A program made the position numbers and the translations under genes. From the human T2T-CHM13v2.0 reference genome, Homo sapiens: DNA of 64,000 bases. The stretch lies in assembly GCF_009914755.1 (NCBI RefSeq), contig NC_060939.1; one strand, written 5' to 3'. This document shows positions 40,036-51,928 of the stretch, piece by piece (the first letter of the stretch is position 1; every line of letters starts with the position of its first letter). The notes under the pieces are model-generated. The model saw nothing but the letters and a program-made list of their open reading frames with translations. It was not told where the DNA came from and searched no databases.

Positions 40036-40873
40036 GGTAATTGCCCAGTAGATTCTCCTTGTCTGCTGCCTAGATAGAGCGAATTTCTCAAGACAGGGGG
40101 ATTGCAATAGAAAAAGAGTTTAATTCATGCAGAGCTGCTGTACAGGAGACTCAAATTTTATTATTATTCAAATTAATCTCCCTGATAATTTGGGGATCAG
40201 CATTTTTCAGGATAATTTGGTGGGTAGGGAGTCAGAAAGTGGAGAATGCTGATTAGTGAGGTTGGAGAAATCACAGGGGGTAAAAGTGAGTTTTTCTTGC
40301 CCTCTTCTGTTCCTGGATGGGATCACAGAACTGGATGAGCCAGATTATTGGTCCCAATGGCATCAGCTGGTGCATCGGAACCAGGGTCTGCCAGACTTCT
40401 CAAGCACTGATCTTACGTTTTACAACAGTGGTGTTTTTCCCAGGAGCACTTTGGGGGAGGTTCGAAATCTTGCAGCCAGTTGCTGCATGATTCCTAAACC
40501 ACAATTTCTAATTTTTTTTCTTTTTTCTTTTTTTTAAGATAAGGTCTCACTTTGTCACCCAGGCTGGAGTGCAGTGGTGCGATCTCGGTTTACTACAGCC
40601 TGGACCTCCTGGGCTCAAGGGATCCTCCCACCTCAGCTCCCTACCCTCAAGTAGCTGGGACTACAGGCAAGAAGGGGGTTTATTTGGGGAAAGAACTGTT
40701 ATCATCTGTGTTTCAAAGCTAAACTGTAATCCAAATTTTTCCCAGTTAGTTCAGCCTATGCTCAGGAATGAATAAGGACAGCTTAGAGGTTAGAAGCAAG
40801 ATAGAGTTGGTTAGGTGAGAAATCTTTCACTGTTATAATTTCCTCAGTTACAGTTTTTGCAGAGGTGGCTTCA
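40036..40873 (-). mobile_element. LTR8A-like solo LTR
   Basis: Minus strand starts TGAAGCCACCTCTGCAAAAACTGTAACTGAGGAAATTATAACAGTGAAAG; near-TSD ataa/atag. Confidence 0.9.
40512..40669 (-). mobile_element. 5'-truncated Alu (right arm only, J-like) inside LTR8A
   Basis: T-tract, then ggtctcactttgtcacccaggctggagtgcagtgg...gtagctgggactacaggca. Confidence 0.9.
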
Positions 40874-40964
40874 ATAGCAGTGATTGGCACACACAAAGCC
40901 CTGCTATGACTACTTTAACATAGCATTTCATGGCTCTTTTTAGCAAAATAATAGAACATTTAGG

Positions 40965-41042
40965 AAGTATAAAGAGTAACTAGAGTATAAAGAGTATAAA
41001 ACTAAAGTATAAAGAAAGCATAAAGAGAAACTATATGAGTAA
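40965..41042. repeat. Degenerate short tandem repeat (agtataaag-like unit)
   Basis: aagtataaagagtaactagagtataaagagtataaaactaaagtataaagaaagcataaagag. Confidence 0.7.
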
Positions 41043-42919
41043 CTTTTTAGTTTCTTAGTAAATTATCTTCTTCCAACGGGTAAGCCAGTTACAATGGAAA
41101 TAATATAACAAATACACTATGCTATATTTATATAAACATATTTACATAGAGTCAAAAAATCTGCTAATTATTTAATAGATTTTATTATGTTACTAAAGTT
41201 TCAGATGCTGCCTCCACAATGATGTAAACTTTGGTCTTGAGTGTAACATGCCCTCTTTGCTCCAGGCTGCACTCAACATGGACGCACCCACTCCAGAGAA
41301 AATAGGATAAACAGGAGATGGGCAATCACATCTAATCTGGGATAGCTGTGCTAATTCATGTTCTGTGCTTATTTAATTGTATTGTTTGAATCAACATTGA
41401 GAAGGAAAAAGTTGAGATATTAATTACCCGTTTACTGCCAATGTAGCAGAAAATGTAATTTATAGCCTACTTGCGGGAAAAAAAATCTGCGTGCTTAATT
41501 TAAGAACTCAAATTATTCAAATAACATTTTCAATTTGATTATTCGTTTAATTGAAATGGTGCTCTTTCAGTCAGAATTGCTTTTGAGATTCCAATTTAGC
41601 AATAGTTAACTAAGAGCTCTCTGTGGAAAGGATCGGTGGACGGTTCACGGATAAAAATGCATGGGGAAATAAGCGTATTTGGTGAACTGCATTTACCTGC
41701 AAGTAGTAGTCAAATCCATTAGCAGTGTTTCTTTTTCAACTCAGTTGTTGTTTCAGTGTAAAAAAGAATCATGAAGTTAATCTGGGCCCATAGAGTACCT
41801 GAAAATGATAATTAAAAACAGAGCCCAGAAGCAAAGTTTGTCCAAGGAGTTATGAATAATCTGAGGGTTACACAGACAGAAGTCAGCCTTCAGATTCATA
41901 TTTAGAAGAATAAAATTTTGGTACCCCAGAGACAGTAGGCTCTGTCTCAGAAAGAAAAGTCCCTCCCTTTTGCCATAGTGATGTTTCATGGCTGACTATC
42001 CAAGCCAGCCTTCTACACTGCAAAAAGACAGCAGATATATTCTGGCTGTCTCTAAGAGCTGCAATAATTTTTTTAAATGGCTGTCAGAATTTTTTTGTTA
42101 TTATTCAGGCACAATCTGCAAACAATAAAGTTTGCAGTGTTTAAGTATATACTTAATAAATTTTTGTAATTGTATACTATCGTGTCACCACCACAATCAA
42201 GATACAGAGCATTTTTCTCACCCTAGAGCTGCGTCTAGCTCTTTGTAGTTGATTCCCTCCCCTGCTGCCCAGGCATGGGCAACTAATAATCTACTTTGTG
42301 ACATGGCAGTTCTGCCTTTCCTAGAATGTCATATAAGAGATCATACAATATGTTTGTCATGTGGACTTGATTTTTTTGACTCAGCATAATGTTCTTCAGA
42401 TTCATCCATGAACAAATATTATGAACATACATATAAAAGTCATTCTGTAAAATTATGTTATCATTTTATTTGGGTAAATACTTAGGAGTCAGATTGCTGG
42501 GTCATATAAGTGGAGGTTTAACTTTATAAAATTCTGTCATATGGTTTTTCAAGTGGCTATACCATTTTGCAGGCCCACAGGCAACATTTGGGAGTTGCAA
42601 TTTCTCTGTATCTTCACCAGTACTTGATATTGACAGACTTTTAAACTTTAACTATCCTAGTGAGTGCCTGATGGTATTTTATTGTAGATGTAATTTGTAT
42701 AACCCTAATGACTAGTAATTTTGAATGTGTTTTTGGCTTTATTGTATTTTATATACATTATTTTGTGAAATATTTTCGCAAATAATTTGCCCACTTTTTA
42801 AGAAGACTTTATTTTATTATTTGGTTACAAGCGTTCTTTATAAATTCTTGATAAGAGTCCTCTGACAGATACATGCTTTGCAAGCATTTTCGCTGAGTTC
42901 ATGGCTGGTTTCTATATTT

Positions 42920-45900
42920 GCTTCTTTTTTTCTTTTTTACTTTTTTTTTACTTTTATTTTAGATTCAGGGAGTGCATGTGCAGATTTGTTGCCTGCATCT
43001 ATTGCGTGTTGCTGATGTTTGAGTTACAATTGATCCCGCCACCCAGGTACTGATTGTAGTACCCAATAGTCCATTTCTGAACCCTTGCCTTCCTCCCTTC
43101 CTTCCCTAGTTTCTATTGTTGCCCTCTTTATGCTCATGAGTACCCAATGTTTAGCTCCCACTTATAAGTGAGAACATGCAGTATTTGATTTTCTGTTCCT
43201 GTGTAAATTAGCAAAGGATAATGGCTTCCAGCTCCATCTATGTTGCTGCAAAGGACGTGATTTCACTTTTTTATGACCGTATAGTATTCCATGCTGTATA
43301 TGTACCACATTTTCTTTATCCAGTCTGTCATTGATGAGAATCTAGTTGATTCCATGCCCTTGCTATTTGTAAATAGTGCTACAATGAACATATGAGTGTG
43401 TATGTCTTTTTGGTAGAATGATTTATTGTCTTTTGGATATATACCCAGTGATGAGATTGCTGGGTTGATTGGCAGTTCTGAGTTCTTTGGGAATTCTCCA
43501 AACTGCTTTCCACAGTGGCTGAACTGATTTACATTCCCACCAACAGTATATAAACATTCCCTTTTCTCTACAGCCTTGGCAGCATATGTTGTTGCTGTTG
43601 TTTTCTGACATTTTAGTAATAGCCATTCTGACTGGTGTGAGATGATATCTCATTGTGGTATTGATTTGGTGATTAGTGATGTTGACCATTTTTTCATATA
43701 TGTTGGCCATTTGTATGTCTTCTTTTGAGAAGTGTCTGTTCATATCCTTTGCCCATTTTTTAATGGGGTTATTTGCTTATTGCTTGTTGATTTAGGTTTC
43801 TTATAGATTCTGGATTTTAGACCTCTGCTGGATGCATAGTTCGGACATTTTTTTCTCTGTTTCTGTAGATTGTTTACTCTGTTGGTAGTTTCTTTTGCTG
43901 GGCAGAATCTCTTTAGTTTGATTAGATCCCACTAGTCAATTTTTGTTTTTGTTGCAATTGACTTTGGAGGCTTAGCCATAAATTCTTTGCCAAGGTCAAC
44001 GTCAAGAAGGGTATGTTTTCTTCTAGGGTTTTATAGTTTAAGGTCTTACATTTAAATCTTTAAATTTCTGATTTTGCTTATTTGGATCTTCTCTCTTTTT
44101 TCTTTGTTAATCTACCTAGCAGTCTGTCAGTCTTGATTATTCTTTCAGCAAACAAACTTTTGGGATTTTTTTGAGTCTTTGTATGAATTTTGAGGTCCCA
44201 ATTTTCAAGAGTTTGGCTCTGATTTTAGTGTTTCTTTTCTTCTGCTAGCTTTGGGGTTACTTTGTATTTGTTTTTCTAGTTCCTCTAGCTGGGGTGCTAG
44301 TTCATTAATCTGAGCTCTTTCTAACTTCTTGAGATAGATGTTTAGCACTGTACACTTTCTTCTTGCCAGTGCTTTTGCTGTGTCCCAGAGATTTTGGTAT
44401 GTTGTGTCTGTTTTCATTTATTTCAAATAATTTTTTGACCTTTGCCTTAATTTCACTGTTTACCCGAAAGTCATTCAGGAGAAAATTGTTTAATTTTCAT
44501 GTAACTGTGTGGTTTTAAGAAATCTTCTTTATATTGAATTATATTTTTACTTCACTGTGGTTCAAGAGTATGGTTGATATGATTTGGATTTTTAAAAATT
44601 TTTTGAGACTCACTTTATGGCCAAACATGTGGTAGAACTTGAAGTATGTTCTATGTACAGAAGAGAAGAATGTATATTCTGTAGTTGATGAGTGGGCTAT
44701 TCTGTAGATATCTATTTGGTCCAGTAGTCAAGTGTCAAGTTTAAGCCCAGAGGTTTTTTGTTAGTTTTCTGCCTCAGTGATCTATATGATTCTGTCAGTT
44801 GGGTGTTGAAGTCCACCACTGTTTTTGTGTGGCTAAGTCTTTTTGTAGGTCTAGAAGTACTTGTTTTATGAATCTAGGTGCCCCAATTTTGGGTGCATAT
44901 ATATTTAGGATAGTTAAGTCTTCTTGTTGAAATGAAATCTTTATCTTTATGTAATGCCCTTTTTGGTCTTTTTTTTTTTAATGTTGTTGGGTTAAAGTCT
45001 GTTTTATTTGATATAACAATAGTGACTCCTGTTCTTTTTTGTTTTCCTTTTGTGTGGTAGATCTTTTGTGAACTCTTTACTTTGAACCTATGGGTGTCAT
45101 TACATGTGTCATAAGTCCCTTGAAGACAGCACATGGATGACTCTTGTATATTTATCTAACTTGCCAATCTGTGACTTTTCAGTGGGACATTTAGACCATT
45201 TACCTTCAAGGTTAATATTGATAATATGAGGTTTTGATCCTACTGTGAAGTTGTTAGCTGGTTGCTTTGTAGTTTCTATTGTGTGGTTGCTTCACAGGGT
45301 CTGTGGGCTATGTACCCTATGTATTCTGTGTATGTATGTATATATGTATGTGCACTATGTATATGTGTTATTGTGGTAGCAGGCATCATTCTCTTGTTTC
45401 TGTATTTAGAACATTCTTAGGGATCTTTCACAAGGCTGGTCTAGTGGTAACAAATTCTCTTGGCACTTGCTTGTCTGGAAAATATTTCATTTATTCTTCA
45501 CTTACGAAGCTTAGTTTGATAGAATATGGAATTATTGGTTGGGATTTCTTTTCTCTATGAATGCTGAAAATAGGCCCCCAATCTTTCCTAGCTTGTAAGG
45601 TTTCTGGTGAGAAGTCCACTTTTGGCCTGATGAGGTTCCCTTTGTACATAATCTGACTTTTGTCTCTAGTTGCCTTTAAGACACTTTCTTTAATATTGAC
45701 TTTGGACAGTCTGGTGATATATCCAACATGGCTAAGCATATTCTTGATCTTTGTTTACTGACAGACGGTCTCTGTTGCCTCAGGCATTGGGGTGATTCAT
45801 AGAATGCACAGTGGTCTGAGCTCCCTGCTCTGTCTTGTTGTGGCAGGGACCATGATGGGCAGAGCCAGACCAGATAGGTCCCCCTACAGGTTCCCTGATG

Positions 45901-47292
45901 GCAGCCATGATCGCCAGTACTGAGGGAGAATCCACTGGGTGGCCACCAAGCACCCAAAAGTGTGCCTAGGTGTGGAGCTGGGAATCTTCCTATCCCCAAG
46001 TTCTCTGCATAAGGATGGGAGACAGCCTAAACTCCTAATCCAGGAGAATGGGTGCTCCAAATGCCTGGAGATCTGCCTGGGCATGGTTGGGGAGGGCCTC
46101 TCTCCACACAAATCTCTGCACAGGAAGGGTGGGACTTACCAGGCTGTTTATCCAAGTGAGTGGGTGCTCTGAATGCCTGGAGATCTGCTTGAGCATGGAG
46201 CAGAAAGGACCCCTCTGCACCACGATCTCTGCACAGGAAGGTGGGCCAACTCAGGCTTTGGAACTAGACAAGCATGGGTTCTGAATGCCTGGAGATCTGC
46301 CTGCATGTGTAGCAGAAAGGGCCTCCCCTGCACCAGGATCTCTGCACAGGAAGGATGTGGGAGCTCAGGCTGCTAATACCAGTAAGCAGGTGCTCCAAAT
46401 ACTTGGAGATCTGCCTGTGCATGAAACACAGAAGGCCCCTCTGCATCACAGTTTATGTCTGTGAAGGATGAGATGACTCAGCCTGCTGGTCCAGGCAAAC
46501 AAGTGTTCTAAATGTCTGGATGTCTGCCTGAGGCTAAAGTGGAGAGGACCCTGTGGCACTATGATCTCAGGGGAGCTGGCTGGAGCACCCAGCACATACA
46601 GTACCATGTCACCAAGCTGGTCCTGGCTGCAAGTCTTGCTACCCCAAAGAAACTGCAGCTGTGGCAGCTTTCCTCCAACTCCAGGCTTTTGGTGGGGGGC
46701 TGCACAATTCCATCTCCTTCTGCTGAGGTGCCTTCCACAGTTCTAGCTGCGAAGGCCCCTGATGCACTCCAGAGCAGGTGTTTTGATCTCTGACCCAAGA
46801 CTAAAATGCCTGCATGGCCACACTACTGGGCCACCACAAGAATGACTGACTTTGTATGTACCTGGATTAAAATGGCATCCTGCTGCTGGCCCCGGGGTCT
46901 GGGAAAATATCTGCAGCTTTTCCTGGTGTCTTTTCCTCACAGTGTCTCCAAACCTCTCCACAAGTTAGCTCTGGGACTTGGGAGTAACAAAGTGCTCTCC
47001 CTTGGCCTGGATTGCTCAAATCCCCGGTGGAAAGTGAGTCACAGAGGGAGGCTCTTTGCCTTTCTCATGTACTGGGGCTTCACTTACTTTTATCAGTTGG
47101 ATGGCATCACAGGATCTTTTTTGTTAGCAATCGCCTTCCTGGGATGTGGGGTCTCCTTTATGATTCCAGTGACTTCTGTCTTCTTGAATTAAAGCTTACA
47201 AACTTGATCTTTATGTAGTATTTTGCTATTTCCAAGTGGCTGAGGTATGCTAAAAGCCTCTAATCCACCTTCTTTGGTGATGTTCTCTCTCT
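42920..47292 (-). mobile_element. L1PA15/16-type element with both ends present but large internal deletions
   Basis: 3'UTR at 42950; ORF2 C-terminus (43423-43743, [14 protein letters not shown]...CWWECK); post-EN region (44205-44417); EN (44874-45134); ORF1 C-terminus (45491-45739); 5'UTR to ~47290. Confidence 0.92.
45948..46570. repeat. ~113-bp tandem array (~5.5 diverged units) in the L1 5'UTR
   Basis: Units start at ~46050, 46162, 46276, 46389 and 46503, sharing aatgcctggagatctgcctg...atctctgcacaggaagg. Confidence 0.9.
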
Positions 47293-48852
47293 CTTTTTGT
47301 TTACTTACCTTCATTTTTTAAAAAGAAAACATTCTTAGGGTTGTGGGTTTTTTTGTTTTTTGTTTTGTTTTGTTTTTGCCCTATTTAAGAAACCTTGACC
47401 TAATGCAATATTATAGGTTTAAAAAAATTTTTTTGTTATATATACACTAGCTTTAATCAGCCTCTAATCCACCATCTTTGATGATTTTTCTACCTCCTTT
47501 TTGTTTTCATCCCTTCATCTTCAAAAGAGAAAAAGTTTTAATTTTAAAGTCATTTTAATAATAATGATAATATTATTTTCATCATTTTGAGGGGTTGTGC
47601 TTTTTGTGTCCTATTTAAGAAATCTTCACCTAAGCCAAGATTATAGGGTTTTTGTCTGTTTTTCTTTATATACTTACTAGCTTTATCATATATGATCCAT
47701 TTTTGTTTGTGATGCAAGGGATGTCGAAATTGACTTTTTCTCATACAGATATTCATTTGTTTCAGCACCATTTCTTAGAAAAACATTTTTCCCCATGGAA
47801 TAACCTTGGCATCTTTATCAAAAGTCAATGTTCCAACTCTACTTTTCTGATTCATGAGTCTTGTATATCTCTTTATTATTTTAAATCTTCTTTAACTTTA
47901 TTTTGCAGTGTTTTACAGTTTTCTGTGTCCAAACTTGCATATCTTTTAAGTTATTACAATGTATTTTAATTTTTCAATTAAATTATAAGTGTAGACATTT
48001 TTAAAATTTCATTTTTAATTGGTCACTACTAGTACACAGAAGTATAATTTAATTTTTGCTTTTGTTTGCTTATTTCTGTATATAGACCTTGTATCTTTTA
48101 ACCTTATTAAATTAACTTTTATTTTAGCAGGGTTTTTGTTTTGTTTTAGATTTCTTAGGATTTTTTCTGCAAACTGTTATGGCATTTTTGAATAAGGGCA
48201 GTTTGATTTTACCCTTTCAAACTGTATGCCCTTTATCTTACCTTAATTTTCTGGCTAAGGATGCAGGACAATGTTGACAGTAAGTAATGAGTAGACATTC
48301 TTGCCTTGTTTATTCATTCTAGGTAGAAAAGATTGATCCATTCACTGTTGAGTATAATTTAATGTTTATTTTCTCACATTTCTTTCTAGCTTGAGGAAGT
48401 TTTTTTCTATTTTTAGTTTGCTAAGGTTTTCTTTTATTCATGAACAAGTATCAGATTATGTCAGATGATATTTTTTCTTCAACTAGTTCAATGGTCCTGT
48501 GGTTTTCTCTTTTTTTTCTATTAATTAGAGGAGCTATATTGATTGTTTTTTCAAGTGTTGAAGCAACATTGCATTGCTGGAATATACTCCACTTGGTTAT
48601 AATGTATTATCCTCTTTATGTATTGTTGGATTTAATTTGCTAGTATTTGTTAAGGATTTTTCTGTTTATATTTGAAGCTAATGTCCTTGTCTCATTTTGG
48701 CATCACAGTTCTACAGTCCTACTAAAATGACATGAAAAGTATTCCTTCTCTATTCAGTGAAAGAGTTTTTATAGAATTAGTATTATTCATTTCTTAACTA
48801 TTTAATAGTATTTATCAATACATATACCTAGACCTCGGGTTTTGTTAGTGAG

Positions 48853-49440
48853 TGTGTAATAAATAATTTGCCTATCCAAATAGGAGTCTATCTTTTGACC
48901 TAGGCTCCTGAGGAGTGATCTCTAAGCCTTGGAATGTCCTGCCTGATAAGAGTGTCATTATTTATCTGGAGGCTTTGGGCCACACCGGGTAGTCTGGTAG
49001 TCTAACAGGGTAATTTATGGTGGAGCTTTGAGCCACATGATATCCATTCTACCTGTATAAGTGCTAGAGCCTAAAGGTCAGCCACATGCGTAGTTAATGA
49101 CATCTATATCTACATGGCTGAGTCACTCCAGAGTTCTGGGTAACAAGGCTTGGATGAATTTTCCTGATTTGGCAATATTTTGTATATTTTGACAGGCATC
49201 ATATCTGGGTAAAATTAGCACCGTCTGTGACTTCATTGGCAGAGGACAACTTGAAGCTCTGCTCCTGGAAGTTTCTTGTAATCTGCCCCATTAGTCTCTC
49301 CCCTTGGCTCATTTTTAATCTGTGTACTTTTACTATAATAAACCACGATAACCATTAGTATAACAGCTTCCATGAGTTCTGTGAGAACTTCTAGCAAATT
49401 ATCAAAACTGAGGGTGGGCTTGGAGACGATCAAATTTGCA
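48853..49440 (+). mobile_element. MER77-like LTR inside the L1M
   Basis: tgtgtaataaataatttgcctatcc...ggaatgtcctgcctgataagagtgtc...gagttctgtgagaacttctagcaaattatcaaaactgaggg. Confidence 0.75.
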
Positions 49441-51886
49441 TTTAAAAATTGATATAGAGATATTCGAGTTTTAGATTTTTTCCTGAATCAGTTGGTAGTC
49501 TTTACCTTTAAAGGAATTTGTCTATTTCATGTAGATTGTCGAATTTATTGGCATAAAGTTGTTCATAGCATTTTCTTATCTTTTGACTATTTGCATAATC
49601 TGTAGCGATGTCCCTTCTTTTATTCTAGTATTGATAATTTTATTTCTCCTTTTTCCCCCTAGATCATTTTTCTAAATATATAATTGCTTTAATCTCTGTA
49701 AATAACCAGTTTTTGGCTTCATAACTTTTCTATTATTTCTTCATTTTGTATTCCATTGACTTCTGCTCCTATAATTTATTTTTTATATACATTGTGGTTA
49801 ATTAGTGTTTCTTGTAGTAATTTCTTAAGGTGGAATCTCAGATGATCAGATTTGTGTGTTTCTTCTTTATTAAGACAAATATTTAAAGCTATAAAATTTC
49901 CTCTAAGTACTGCATTATCTGCATCTCTCAAATTTTTATATACTGTATAATCATTCAAAATATTTTCTGATTTCTCTTAAAACTTTTTCTCTAGATTATA
50001 GATTATCATGTAATTTCTCCTTTTTAATAAATTACTAGAATTATGTTCCTTAATTTTCATATATTTGGTGTTTTTTCTGATTACTATGATTATCATTTTC
50101 TAGTGTAAATCTCAGTTTGTTGCAGAGTATGTTTTCAGTACAGAGTATGTTTTCCGTCTTTTCTAAGGTATTGAGACTTGTTTTATGATCTATCATATGG
50201 TCTATTGGTAAATATACTATGTACCCTTGAAAGGAATGTGTATTCTGTATGTTTTTAATGTTCCATAAGTATTCAAGTCAAAGTATCTCATAGTGTTATT
50301 CAGCTCCTTTGTTGAGTTTGTATAGTTGTTTCATCAGTTGCTGAGAAAATGATGTTAAACTATGATTGTACATAATAGATTCTACAATCTATAGCTATGA
50401 TTGTAGAATTGTCTTGTTTCTCTTTTTAAATTTGGTTAATTTTTACTTAACTGTTTTGAGTGATATTATAAGGTATAAATACATTTATAATTGTTGTGTC
50501 TTCTTGATTAATTGATTCTTTTATCATCATAAAATGTCCTTCTTATCCCTGATAATACTTTCTGTCTTGAAGTCTATTTTATCTGATATTAATAAAGCCA
50601 CTTTGGCATTTTTATGCATATTGTTTTGCATGGTCTAGCTATCCATTTACTTTTGGTCTATCTATATCTTTATGCTTAAAGTGTGTCTTTTGTAGGTAGC
50701 TTATGTTTTGACCATGATTCTTTTATTTAATCATTTTTTCTCTCTAAAGTCAATTCTTACTATTTTCCATCTTTTTCACTTATAATGTGTATATATAATT
50801 TTACTTAAGTGAGAATAGTTACCTATGCTGCTTTCAAATCCTTGCCTGATTTTTGCAGTATCTGGGTCATCTTGAAATAAGTGACTTGATTTCTTTTCTC
50901 TTGAAAACAGTTTCTATTTTCCTGCTTCCTTATATGTCAGGTACTTTTAAATTGTGTTTTAGACATTATGAGTGTTAACATGTGGAGAGTCTGGGTTCTT
51001 TATTTTTCTCTGATTAATGTTGTTTCCTTTGTTTCAGCAGGAAATTATCTTGGCTGGGCTTAAACTACAAACACCATTTTAGGCATTAGCTTGGGTCTCT
51101 GTTCAAATCTTTTGATTTTATCTGTGCTGCTTTCAGTCAGTTACACTGATGCATGGTTTAGAGTTATTCAGTGATGTGGATGGACAGACTTTGAACATTC
51201 TATTTCTGGCTCTTTTCATTCTGTGAGTTTCCCAATTTCTATTGTGGTCATGGATCCCCTTGTTTTAAGTTTTCGGTTCACCAAGTAGGAATCCCTTTTT
51301 TCTCATGTGTCCAACAGTCGAAAAAAATGAGAACTAACTTCATTTGATTCCCCTGCTTGGAGTATGTATTCTCCACCAGAGTCTGCCTACTGCATTTGTC
51401 TTATATGAAGGTTTTTACTGATTTTCTGAACATGAGTCAGTCTGCAGGGTGCTTACTCTGGTATTACTGGAAATAGAATACAATAGCAGTAATTTTCATG
51501 TAACTGTTTCCTCACCCTCGTCTGAAGTTTAGGACTATGGAATCCAATGTTGTAACATTTTCTGTGTACAAAGGATTTTCCAATCCCTGCTTTTGGTGCT
51601 AATTTTTTCTTCTTTAGGTCTTTCATGGGGTTTTGTTCATCTGTCTATTATAGAATTTAGAGCATAATGTTTCCTTACACACCTGCCTGTCCACACCAAA
51701 TGTGACCAGTTTAGAAATAGTCCCTTTATGGTTTTCTTAAATTTGTCTACTTTGCATATATTGTGAGAAGATCCCTTTTTACAATAAATATGGTGATGGA
51801 TACTTCTGCTTCTGCCAAAAAAAAAAAAAAAAAAGATGTAAAAAGGCGGGTTGAATATTGTGCTGCTCAACTGAAAAGTTAATCTT

Positions 51887-51928
51887 GTCTACACCCATAC
51901 TACCCCGAACGCACCCAATCTCGTTTGA
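51887..51928 (+). pseudogene. 5S rRNA pseudogene fragment (5' 42 nt)
   Basis: GTCTACACCCATACTACCCCGAACGCACCCAATCTCGTTTGA versus human 5S GTCTACGGCCATACCACCCTGAACGCGCCCGATCTCGTCTGA: 35/42 identical. Confidence 0.9.

Larger units (their letters stand above)
42090..51475 (-). mobile_element. Long, deleted L1M element (3' end ~42090, 5' end ~51475), host to L1PA and MER77
   Basis: L1M 3'UTR at 42090-42920; collinear antisense ORF2 resumes at ~47500; ORF 49776-49958 (YKNLRDADNAVLRGNFIALN) is ORF2; L1M 5'-like text at 50820-51475. Confidence 0.7.

Noticed and set aside
45948-46570. CRISPR-like array
   Set aside because: Whole units are homologous (no unique spacers), the array is inside an L1 5'UTR in primate DNA, and there are no cas genes.
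51596-51622. Strong-looking splice acceptor (ctaattttttcttctttag|gtc), with similar ones near 37810 and 52876
   Set aside because: Such motifs are common by chance in T-rich DNA, and I found no paired donor or coding frame to support an exon.
51887-51928. Functional 5S rRNA gene
   Set aside because: Only 42 nt, 7 mismatches, and the internal control region is missing.
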